Below are positions 1 through 8,061 of a stretch of 64,000 bases of DNA, piece by piece. Source of the DNA: Bacteroides sp. SM23_62. Lineage in GTDB: Bacteria > Bacteroidota > Bacteroidia > Bacteroidales > SM23-62. The stretch covers positions 20,328 through 84,327 of the forward strand of contig LJUP01000001.1 in NCBI GenBank assembly GCA_001303955.1, in the 5' to 3' direction. The position numbers and the translations under genes were made by a program. The number at the start of each line of letters is the position of its first letter. The stretch's first letter is position 1. Below the pieces are notes generated by a model. The model worked only from the letters and a program-made list of their open reading frames with translations. It had not been told where the DNA came from and did not search any database.

Positions 1-708
1 AACACGCGTGATATTTACTCTCTGCTTGCAGGCACTTATTTTATCGTTTTCCTTTCCGCAGGAATTAAACTGACCGAATACTGGTTCTATGAACAGCAGC
101 GAAAACAGGCTGCCCTTAAGGATAAGGTCGAAGCCGAGTTAAAGCTGTTAAAATCACAGATCCATCCCCATTTCCTGTTCAATACGCTGAACAATATTTA
201 CGCCCTGGCCCTGCAGAAATCCGAGCAGGCTCCGGATGCCATAATCAAACTCTCTGAATTGCTCGATTACCTTATCTATCATGGCAAGAATGAGCTGGTC
301 CCCCTGGCAAAGGAAATTCAGCTTATCGACCACTACATGGAGCTGGAAAAACTTCGGTACGGTGACAGGTTGCAGGCATCATTTGTCAGAAAGGGAGATA
401 CCGGGCATATTAAGATCGCACCCATTCTCCTGCTTCCCTTTGTCGAAAATGCATTCAAACACGGGATCAGCCAGTCAAGGAACAAGGTCTGGCTTAAAAT
501 CCATCTGGAAATATCGAACAGAAGTATTATTTTTCTTGTTGAAAACTCCAAACCGGCAGCCCGCCCAAAGGAAGGTGTCCAGGGCGGGATCGGGCTCGAG
601 AACCTGAAAAGAAGGCTTGAAATACTATACAAGGACAGGTATTCACTGGAAATGCTTGACAAAAAAGACATTTATTCTGTACAACTGAAACTGACAATCT
701 TGAGATAA
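1..708 (+). CDS. LytS-type sensor histidine kinase, 5'-partial (runs off the window start)
   Basis: Frame 1 is open from nt 1. It contains the His_kinase H-box region KSQIHPHFLFNTLNNIY and a C-terminal HATPase region (PFVENAFKHG, GGIGLENLKRRL). A LytTR regulator follows 3 nt downstream. Confidence 0.9.
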   Translation, partial: NTRDIYSLLAGTYFIVFLSAGIKLTEYWFYEQQRKQAALKDKVEAELKLLKSQIHPHFLFNTLNNIYALALQKSEQAPDAIIKLSELLDYLIYHGKNELVPLAKEIQLIDHYMELEKLRYGDRLQASFVRKGDTGHIKIAPILLLPFVENAFKHGISQSRNKVWLKIHLEISNRSIIFLVENSKPAARPKEGVQGGIGLENLKRRLEILYKDRYSLEMLDKKDIYSVQLKLTILR

Positions 709-711
709 ACG

Positions 712-1440
712 ATGAAGATCAAATGCCTGCTTGTGGATGATGAACCCCTGGCACTGGATGCCCTGGAATCCCTGATGCAGAAGATCCCGGAACTGGAGAT
801 CATCGGCAAATGCCAGAATGCAGTGGAAGCCCTGCAGGTGATCCATGCCAGGAAAATTGACCTGCTGCTGCTGGATATACAGATGCCGGAGCTTACAGGT
901 ATTGAAATGCTTAAATCCCTCAGCCATCCTCCCAAAGTCATTTTCACTACTGCCTACCGGGAATATGCAGTGGAAGCCTTTGAACTGGATGTGATCGACT
1001 ACCTGGTCAAACCCATCTCCCTTGAAAGACTGATCAGGTCAATCAACAGATATCATGACAGGACCCTCCAAAAATCCGTGACAGAACCCCCGATATCAAA
1101 ATCCCCGGCCAAATCCATTACCATCTATTCGGATAAAAAGAATTACCGGGTTAACACTTCAAGCATTTTATTTATAGAAGGACTGAAAGATTATGTCAGG
1201 ATACATACCGACAATGGCCGGCTGGTAACCCGTCAAACCATGAAGAACCTGGAGGATATACTGTCCGGGGAGGAATTTATCAGGGTACACCGTTCTTATA
1301 TCGTACCCATACACAGGTTGGATTCGTGGACCAGCCATTCGGTGATTGTGAAGGATAAGGAGATCCCTGTGGGCCGGACTTACAGAAAATCCATCATGCT
1401 TTTACTTGAAAATCTTAAGGGCAATGATCAAGGCAGATAA
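712..1440 (+). CDS. LytTR/AlgR-family response regulator
   Basis: N-terminal receiver domain (LLVDDEP, LLLLDIQMPELTG, KP). C-terminal LytTR DNA-binding domain (ILFIEGLKDYVRIHT..., RVHRSYIV). Confidence 0.92.
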   Translation: MKIKCLLVDDEPLALDALESLMQKIPELEIIGKCQNAVEALQVIHARKIDLLLLDIQMPELTGIEMLKSLSHPPKVIFTTAYREYAVEAFELDVIDYLVKPISLERLIRSINRYHDRTLQKSVTEPPISKSPAKSITIYSDKKNYRVNTSSILFIEGLKDYVRIHTDNGRLVTRQTMKNLEDILSGEEFIRVHRSYIVPIHRLDSWTSHSVIVKDKEIPVGRTYRKSIMLLLENLKGNDQGR

Positions 1441-1603
1441 TCTCACATTTCGCTATCCCTGCAGCCAATACTTTGCTGCTAAAAACCTGACATTTGAGAT
1501 CCTTCCGGGCGAAATATTCGGATTTTGGGGGCCATCGGGAGCCGTGAGTAGTACCACCCAGAAAATTCTCACCGGATTGCTGAAAGGATATTCGGCAGGG
1601 TGA
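1424..1603 (+). pseudogene. Truncated ABC-transporter ATP-binding gene; only about 60 N-terminal codons remain and the Walker A is degraded
   Basis: MIKADNLTFRYP...FEILPGEIFGFWGPSGAVSSTT matches the ABC ATPase N-terminus, but the P-loop GPNGAGKST reads GPSGAVSST and the ORF stops after 60 aa. No Q-loop, signature motif or Walker B follows. Confidence 0.7.
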
Positions 1604-2325
1604 TCATCACAGTGGCCACCTTTATTATGGTTGCCTGTATGCTGGTTTTTTAAATTACTGGCCAAGGACGGATTCGACAAGGTTCTGGTTGTTATCATTT
1701 TTCCCGATCCGGTAATGATCTGATTCATAGGGGTGTCCAGGATCAAATCCATGAACCAGTTTGTCATTATCATCCCATTTTTCCTGATATCCTTTGTGCC
1801 TTCACTCTTGAATTTTTTCAGACTTGCCAGCAGCTGGATTCTCTGCCATCCCGACGCAGGCGCTTCTTGACCTGCTCTGGGCTTCTTTTTATTATACAGT
1901 TCCTGCCGGACCGATCACATTTGCCGTGATATACCTGCCAATCTGGCTGGGACTGGCATATTTTATCGCCTTCCGGGCATCTGACAGAATGGTCGATGGG
2001 AAAGATGCTCGTGGTTTCCATCCCGGCAGCCATGGTATCCCCTGTAAGTTGTTTGATTATCACGGTGTTTGTTTCCAACAAGATTGTTGGGACAGCCTGG
2101 ATGAAGGGAGTGGACTTTTTGTTTATGATACCTGTACTGACTTATATTTTGGGGGGCGGCCGGGAATACATCCTCTGAATACTGCCATACTACTGGATTT
2201 TAAAAATATTTGATCCTTGATTCCAGGCTTTTCCATTTGCCATAATTTATGCAATCGGTCTTTCCTACCTGCTTTTACTCACCATCTTTTCCACCAGGCT
2301 GTTTAAAAAACGGGGTTATCCCTGA
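1604..2325 (+). pseudogene. Frameshifted remnants of an ABC-2-type membrane permease
   Basis: Hydrophobic TM-like segments are spread over three + frames (VATFIMVACMLVF; LLWASFYYTVPAGPITFAVIYLPIWLGLAYFIAF; MLVVSIPAAMVSPVSCLIITVFV...FLFMIPVLTYILGG; AIIYAIGLSYLLLLTIFSTRLFKKRGYP-stop). No single long ORF exists. Confidence 0.55.
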
Positions 2326-2436
2326 TATTCCTGCCTGACAACTTTACCAATAAACTGACAATAATTCCACCTTCGCCCTGTGGCACAAGAAATGTATACG
2401 TATCTGTATATTTTTATATACTATAATTGTATCCAG

Positions 2437-3024
2437 ATGAAAATAATGGAAGTGAATTCCTTACAGGAATTACAGCAAATGATTGGAAAAGAAAAAAGAT
2501 CATTTTTACTGATTTTCAAACAGGGATCAGAACAGAGTGACAAAGCTTATAAAAATCTGGCAGCGGCAGCTGAAGATGTATCTGACATTGGCATCTTCAC
2601 GGCAGATGTAAACAGGGTTCGGGACATTCACCAGGCTTATTCCATAACATCCGCCCCTTCCCTCGTGGAATTTAAAGGGAAAGATCTGAAGAATGCATAT
2701 AAAGGGGCACATGATCAGAGTTATTACAAAGGTTTATTTGAGAATGCCGTTTATGTGGCCAGGGCTGAAAAAGCCGGCAAGACTGTAAAACAGGTTACCG
2801 TCTATACCACGCCAACCTGTTCCTGGTGCGGAACCTTAAAATCTTATTTAAATAAAAATAAGATCCGTTACAGCGAAATCGATGTATCCAAAGATGATTC
2901 AGCCGCCCAGGAAATGGTAAGAAGAAGTGGCCAGCAGGGAGTTCCCCAAACATTGATCAGTGGAGAAATGGTGGTAGGATTCGACAAAGCCAAAATCAAT
3001 CGCCTTTTAGAGATAGATGGATAA
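2437..3024 (+). CDS. Thioredoxin-like domain fused to a glutaredoxin-like (YruB/NrdH-type) domain
   Basis: The C-terminal 80 aa, VTVYTTPTCSWCGTLKSYL...GVPQTLISGEMVVGFD, is a classic CxxC glutaredoxin fold. The N-terminal ~120 aa has Trx-like spacing but no Cys. I prefer the ATG at 2437 (MKIMEVN) to the track start at 2380, which lies in AT-rich promoter-like sequence. Confidence 0.8.
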   Translation: MKIMEVNSLQELQQMIGKEKRSFLLIFKQGSEQSDKAYKNLAAAAEDVSDIGIFTADVNRVRDIHQAYSITSAPSLVEFKGKDLKNAYKGAHDQSYYKGLFENAVYVARAEKAGKTVKQVTVYTTPTCSWCGTLKSYLNKNKIRYSEIDVSKDDSAAQEMVRRSGQQGVPQTLISGEMVVGFDKAKINRLLEIDG

Positions 3025-3057
3025 TAAAAGCAATAATTTATATTTAAACATTTACAA

Positions 3058-3345
3058 ATGAAAGAGTTACAGCCAATAAACCAGAATGTATTACTGGATA
3101 TTACAGAGAAATCGGAAGAAGTGACTACTGCTGCCGGCATAATCATACCTGATACTGCTAAGGAAAAGCCAAAAATGGCTGAGGTGGTTGGTTTGAGTAA
3201 TATTGATAATGCCGAGATCACGGTCGGGGATACTGTGCTGTTTAAGGAATATGCCGGTACAGAAACCGAGTTTGAAGGAAAGAAATACCTGATCCTTCCC
3301 TATGCGGATGTCCTGGCGAAAGTAGTAGAGACAGAATCGATCTGA
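3058..3345 (+). CDS. groES: Co-chaperonin GroES (Cpn10), with no groEL downstream
   Basis: The 95-aa product aligns along its length to GroES (P-x-x-D-VL, mobile loop TAAGIIIPDTAKEKP, VGDTVLF..Y.GTE). Confidence 0.88.
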   Translation: MKELQPINQNVLLDITEKSEEVTTAAGIIIPDTAKEKPKMAEVVGLSNIDNAEITVGDTVLFKEYAGTETEFEGKKYLILPYADVLAKVVETESI

Positions 3346-3447
3346 TACCGGGATTCCCCGTGGCCCGGTAGAATAAAATCCCGGGCCATGGGATAAAGTC
3401 CGCTGTGTTTTGTAATTTAGGTGATTCACCCTGAAACCAAAACACCG

Positions 3448-4059
3448 ATGGCTAAAAAGAGAATCCCATTCTTCAGTATTCTCGGAGAAAAGCAAACCTA
3501 CCTGAATCTTGTTTATATCCTGTTTGCCTTTCCCCTGAGTGTATTTTATTTCTCACTCTCCATCACCGGTTTTTCCCTGTCACTCGGATTGTTGATCATT
3601 GTTGTCGGATTTTTCATCTTCATCGGCACCATGATCATGATACAGGGATTTCGCTGGCTGGATGTACAGCTTACAAGGGTTTTTCTGGGATTGACAATTG
3701 TCATTAAAAAGGAAGAACCACAGGAACCCGGATTTACTAATTTTCTGAACCGGTTGTTCGGTGCCGGGGCTACCTGGAAAAGCTTTATCTTTTACCTGCT
3801 GATAAAGTTCCCCATGGACACCATCATCTGGTCTGTCACCATTGCATTCATTGCTGTTACACTTGAGCTGTTACTGGCACCTGTTTTTTATGATAGTTTC
3901 GTGTACAACGATGATTTTGCAGATTTCCTGGTCAGGTTTTTTGGCGATGTATATGTACTTCCCTTCCTTGGAATTATCTGGGGCATGATCAGCCTGCATG
4001 TGATCAGGGGACTTGCATGGGTATGCAGGGGGATCAACCAGGTGTTCCTTTCCGAATAA
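3448..4059 (+). CDS. Multi-pass membrane protein of unknown function; possibly a 'putative sensor'-type module
   Basis: The ORF has 4-5 predicted TM helices. The ATG at 3448 (MAKKRIPFF) is preferred to the GTG at 3421. The functional call is weak. Confidence 0.6.
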   Translation: MAKKRIPFFSILGEKQTYLNLVYILFAFPLSVFYFSLSITGFSLSLGLLIIVVGFFIFIGTMIMIQGFRWLDVQLTRVFLGLTIVIKKEEPQEPGFTNFLNRLFGAGATWKSFIFYLLIKFPMDTIIWSVTIAFIAVTLELLLAPVFYDSFVYNDDFADFLVRFFGDVYVLPFLGIIWGMISLHVIRGLAWVCRGINQVFLSE

Positions 4060-4145
4060 ACCGTACATCCAAAAGCTTTATTCAGCGCTGTGATAGTATT
4101 TACTATACCAATTTGCAGAATAAACAAAAACATTTTTATTTTGTA

Positions 4146-4166
4146 GAGTGATTAGTCAATCTAAAA
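4146..4166 (+). promoter_or_regulatory. Copy 1 of a 21-nt box, GAGTGATTAGTCAATCTAAAA, overlapping the TetR GTG start
   Basis: It matches 4751-4771 at 19 of 21 nt and contains the inverted core GATT-N4-AATC. Confidence 0.5.
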
Positions 4167-4732
4167 TAGAAGATAAACGTGAAAGAATACTCCGGGCTGC
4201 AAGAAGGCTGTTTGTCAAGCAGGGATTTCACAGTACACCGACATCAGCTATCGCCAAGGAAGCCAGCGTAGCCAATGGTACGCTCTTTCACTACTTCAAA
4301 ACCAAGGAAGAACTGATCAACACCCTCTATAAGGAAACCAAAAAAAGTTTCTTTACCATTGCCACCGCGGGGGTTAAAAACGAGAAAACCATCAAGCGTA
4401 AGGTCAGGCTATTGTGGTATAACACAGTTAAATGGGCCCTGAACCGACCCCAGGATTTTTTATTCATTCAGCAATTCAGTAATTCACCCTTTTTATCTCA
4501 ATTAACACAGGAAGAGATTTCTGAGCATATTGGATTTTATTATGGCCTGATCGACCAGGGAAAAGAAGAGGGAACACTGAAGGATATCCCGACAGAACTG
4601 ATGTACCAGCTTATTACCTTTCAGATATATGGAGTAATCAATTACCTGTTTCAGCATCCGGAATTTCAGAATAATGCAACATATTTAAGCATGGCATTTG
4701 AGTTCTATTGGGAAAGTATTATGAAAAAATAA
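4148..4732 (+). CDS. TetR/AcrR-family transcriptional regulator
   Basis: N-terminal HTH: RERILRAARRLFVKQGFHSTPTSAIAKEASVANGTLFHYFKTKEEL. The start is GTG. Confidence 0.88.
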   Translation: MISQSKIEDKRERILRAARRLFVKQGFHSTPTSAIAKEASVANGTLFHYFKTKEELINTLYKETKKSFFTIATAGVKNEKTIKRKVRLLWYNTVKWALNRPQDFLFIQQFSNSPFLSQLTQEEISEHIGFYYGLIDQGKEEGTLKDIPTELMYQLITFQIYGVINYLFQHPEFQNNATYLSMAFEFYWESIMKK

Positions 4733-4750
4733 TTTTTTGAAACAAAAATG

Positions 4751-4771
4751 GAGTAATTAGTCAATCTAGAA
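4751..4771 (+). promoter_or_regulatory. Copy 2 of the 21-nt box, GAGTAATTAGTCAATCTAGAA, at the head of the SDR relic
   Basis: It is a direct repeat of 4146-4166. The GTG of copy 1 reads GTA here. Confidence 0.5.
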
Positions 4772-4866
4772 ATTTATATTATGGAAAAGTGGCATTAATC
4801 ACCGGAGCATCTGGTGGAATACCGGATAAAAAATGCGGGTTTCGGGGGATATGGAATCTTTCTTGA
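4753..4866 (+). pseudogene. Relic of a short-chain dehydrogenase/reductase (SDR): start codon lost and gene truncated after the NAD-binding Gly motif
   Basis: The in-frame translation (V)ISQSRNLYYGKVALITGASGGI is an SDR N-terminus (TGxxxGxG). It diverges immediately afterwards and stops after 37 codons. Confidence 0.6.
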
Positions 4867-5009
4867 GCGATCACTCGAAAGAGCGCATATGAGTGCCAAT
4901 GGAATGGCAGGATTTATATTGCAGAACAGATTCGCCAGGCAAGGTTATTAGCCATTTAATTATAATTTTGGGATTTCTATTAAAGTAGGTTTTATCAATA
5001 ATTGCCAAA

Positions 5010-7133
5010 ATGAAAAGAATATTGCTTATAATTACTGTCCTCTGTATAATGGCAACCGGTTGTAATCAAACAGGGAAAAAAATGAATGATGCAGCTAATC
5101 CATTCCTCAGTGAATATACCACCCCCTTCCAGGTACCGCCTTTCAATGATATAAAGGATGAGCATTACCTGCCTGCCTTTGAAAGAGGCATTGCCATCCA
5201 CAAGGAGGAAATTGACAAGATCATCAACAACCCGGAAGAGCCGGACTTTGAAAATACCATTGCTGCGCTTGACCGAAGTGGTGAACAATTGAGGAAGGTC
5301 CGGTATGTTTTCAATTGCAATACCGAGAGTAACACCAATGAGTTGCTTCAGGAGATTGCCCAGAAAGTGGCACCTTTGGAGTCAAGTCATTATGATGATA
5401 TCAATCTGAATCCTGATCTGTTCAAACGTGTGAAAACGGTTTATGAAAAGCGGGACAATCTTGACCTTACCACTGAGGAGAAAACATTGCTGGAAAAAAT
5501 GTATAAGGATTTTGTAAGAGGCGGAGCAGAGCTCGATGATACCAAACAGGCCAGGTTGCGTGAGATCAATAAGAGGATCTCTGTGTTATCGCTCCAGTTC
5601 GGTGATAATGTCCTGGCCGAAAATAACGCATACAAACTCTTCATTGAAAACGAAGCGGATCTAGCCGGGCTTCCTGAAGGTGTCATTGCGGGAGCTGCCG
5701 AAGTTTCCAGGGCAGCCGGTCAGGAAGGCAAGTGGCTTTTTACCACCCATAAACCAAGCATGATCCCTTTTCTTCAGTATGCCGACAAGCGCGAATTACG
5801 TGAAAAACTTCACAAAGCTTACTGTGCGAGGGGAGATAATGACAATGACCATGACAACAAAAAGATCCTTGTAGAGATGGCCAATCTCAGGCTGGAAAGG
5901 GCCCAGCTGCTGGGTTATGAAACGCATGCACATTATATTCTTGAGAAAAGAATGGCCAAAAAACCCGAAAATGTTTACAATCTGCTCAACCCGATCTGGG
6001 AAGCCGCCCTTCCTGTTTCAAAAAAGGAAGTTCAGGAGATGCAGTCTCTTATCAGCCTGGAGGGAAATGATTTCAAACTGGCTGCGTGGGACTGGTGGTA
6101 TTATGCTGAGAAGCTCAGGAAGGAAAAATATGACCTCGATGAGGAGGCTCTTCGCCCTTACTTCGAACTGGAGAATGTCCGGAATGGTTTGTTCCAGGTA
6201 TGTAACAATCTGTTTGGAATCAGCTTTGAAGTACGCAATGATATTCCCAAATACCATGAAGATGCCCAGGTATTTGAGGTAAAGGATGCAGATGGTTCAC
6301 ACTTGGGCGTTCTGTATATGGATTTTCATCCCCGCGCAAGCAAACGTGGTGGTGCATGGATGGACAAGTACCGTAAGCAATATATGAAAGATGGTGAAAA
6401 TATTACACCAGTGATCACTACTGTCTTCAATTTTTCGAAACCAGCAGGAGGCAAGCCAGCCTTGCTGAGTTTTGAGGAGGTAAGCACCATGTTCCATGAA
6501 ATGGGCCATGCGCTGCACGGGCTCTTCTCAGATTGTACCTATGAATCCATCTCCGGTACTGATGTACCCTGGGATTTTGTTGAACTGCCCTCTTCCATCA
6601 TGGAAAACTGGGCTTCTGAGCCCGAAGTCCTGAAACTATATGGTAAGCATTATGAAACTGGAGAGACCATACCGGATGAACTGATCCAGAAAATCAAAAA
6701 AGCCGGACATTTCAACCAGGGTTTTGTCAATGTAGAATACCTGTCCGCAGCCTTTCTGGATATGAACTGGCATACCCTGAACAAGATCACATCAGACATT
6801 GATGTGGATCAGTTTGAAACAGCTGCCCTTAACAGGATAGGGCTGATCCCGGAGATCGTGGTCAGGTACCGCAGCACTTATTTCAGCCATATTTTCAGTG
6901 GCGATTATTCTGCAGGATATTATAGCTATAAATGGTCGGAGGTGCTGGATGCCGATGCATTTGAGGCATTTAAGGAAACTTCCTTATTTGATACAAAGAC
7001 TGCCGAGTCCTTCAGGGATAATATCCTGGCGCGGGGAGGGACAGAAGATCCCATGATTCTTTATAAACGCTTTCGGGGCAGGGAACCTTCCATTGATCCT
7101 TTGCTGAAACGAAGCGGCCTCTCCAGACCCTAA
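5010..7133 (+). CDS. dcp: M3-family zinc metallopeptidase (peptidyl-dipeptidase Dcp-like), lipoprotein
   Basis: HEMGH zinc motif (FHEMGHALHG). The 707-aa length and overall M3 pattern fit. Lipobox LCIMATGC. Confidence 0.9.
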   Translation: MKRILLIITVLCIMATGCNQTGKKMNDAANPFLSEYTTPFQVPPFNDIKDEHYLPAFERGIAIHKEEIDKIINNPEEPDFENTIAALDRSGEQLRKVRYVFNCNTESNTNELLQEIAQKVAPLESSHYDDINLNPDLFKRVKTVYEKRDNLDLTTEEKTLLEKMYKDFVRGGAELDDTKQARLREINKRISVLSLQFGDNVLAENNAYKLFIENEADLAGLPEGVIAGAAEVSRAAGQEGKWLFTTHKPSMIPFLQYADKRELREKLHKAYCARGDNDNDHDNKKILVEMANLRLERAQLLGYETHAHYILEKRMAKKPENVYNLLNPIWEAALPVSKKEVQEMQSLISLEGNDFKLAAWDWWYYAEKLRKEKYDLDEEALRPYFELENVRNGLFQVCNNLFGISFEVRNDIPKYHEDAQVFEVKDADGSHLGVLYMDFHPRASKRGGAWMDKYRKQYMKDGENITPVITTVFNFSKPAGGKPALLSFEEVSTMFHEMGHALHGLFSDCTYESISGTDVPWDFVELPSSIMENWASEPEVLKLYGKHYETGETIPDELIQKIKKAGHFNQGFVNVEYLSAAFLDMNWHTLNKITSDIDVDQFETAALNRIGLIPEIVVRYRSTYFSHIFSGDYSAGYYSYKWSEVLDADAFEAFKETSLFDTKTAESFRDNILARGGTEDPMILYKRFRGREPSIDPLLKRSGLSRP

Positions 7134-7227
7134 GATCTGTCTCCCTCAGGAACAATAAAAATGATTGTCCCCACCTAAGCATTGATACAGATTTCAAAAA
7201 ATCTTTTTAACTTCGTAGCCCGATCTT

Positions 7228-8001
7228 TTGGGATTCTCTATGTTTGTTCCTCTTAGGATACGTATATTGCTCCTCTTTGGAAGAACCTCCTTTATCATCG
7301 GTTTTCTTTTTACCTTGATCGGTCTGGCTTTCATTATCTATTTCAGCATGCAGCTGAACTGGAACATTCTCTTCGCAGGAAAAAAGGACCTTGTTACTAC
7401 CTCCGGATTCATCACCAGTATGAATGAAACGCAGTACAAGGCAAATGAGAGCCTTCTCTACGAATACCGTTACCGCTACTATGACATGTCACAAATCCCT
7501 TATTCCGGTTTTTTCCTTGAATATGCAAATGCTTATGAGCGCGGACAGGAAATAACGGTTGAATATTTAAAAGATTCCCCAGAGGTTTCCAGGTTCGCCG
7601 GAAAGGACAGGCAGAATTATGACCAGATTATGTTTCTCGCCGGATTGGGAAGCATAATCATAGGTTTTCTTTTCCTGTACCCCTCCTGCAGGCGGACGAG
7701 GAGGGAGCGTAAGATCATCATGATGGGGCGTCCGGCGGAAGGGAAACTGGTTTATGCTGAACCTACCAATCTGAGGGTCAACGAACAGCCGGTATACAAA
7801 CTTACTTATGAATATTGTACCGGCCGGTACGACGTCCAAAAATTTTCAGTCCGATCACATCTGATCAGGAATATTTCCGATGAGCATACTGAAATACTTA
7901 TCTATGATCCCAGCAATCCCGGTAAAGCGGTAGTTGTGGATACGCTCCCTGGTCCGGTGGCCCGTTATATCCTCAATAAGCTGTATCCTTCTTATAATTA
8001 A
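7228..8001 (+). CDS. Membrane protein with two TM-plus-beta modules (DUF3592-like)
   Basis: Two copies of a TM helix followed by a ~90-aa soluble segment. There is no catalytic motif. The start is uncertain (TTG 7228 or ATG 7240). Confidence 0.6.
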   Translation: MGFSMFVPLRIRILLLFGRTSFIIGFLFTLIGLAFIIYFSMQLNWNILFAGKKDLVTTSGFITSMNETQYKANESLLYEYRYRYYDMSQIPYSGFFLEYANAYERGQEITVEYLKDSPEVSRFAGKDRQNYDQIMFLAGLGSIIIGFLFLYPSCRRTRRERKIIMMGRPAEGKLVYAEPTNLRVNEQPVYKLTYEYCTGRYDVQKFSVRSHLIRNISDEHTEILIYDPSNPGKAVVVDTLPGPVARYILNKLYPSYN

Positions 8002-8046
8002 GTATAATTCTGTAAATATTTCCAGCTTCAGGGAGTTGCGAATTGT

Positions 8047-8054
8047 TATCTTTG
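8047..8054 (+). promoter_or_regulatory. Bacteroidota-type -7 box (TATCTTTG) upstream of the MFS gene
   Basis: Exact match to TAnnTTTG. It ends 7 nt before the ATG, which implies a nearly leaderless mRNA. Confidence 0.4.
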
Positions 8055-8061
8055 CATCTTC

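Noticed and set aside
3346-3388. Alternative GC-rich hairpins lie after groES: TACCGGG/CCCGGTA and TGGCCCGG/CCGGGCCA.
   Set aside because: It is a possible terminator or attenuator. No U-tract follows and the two structures are mutually exclusive. The evidence is too ambiguous to annotate as a feature.
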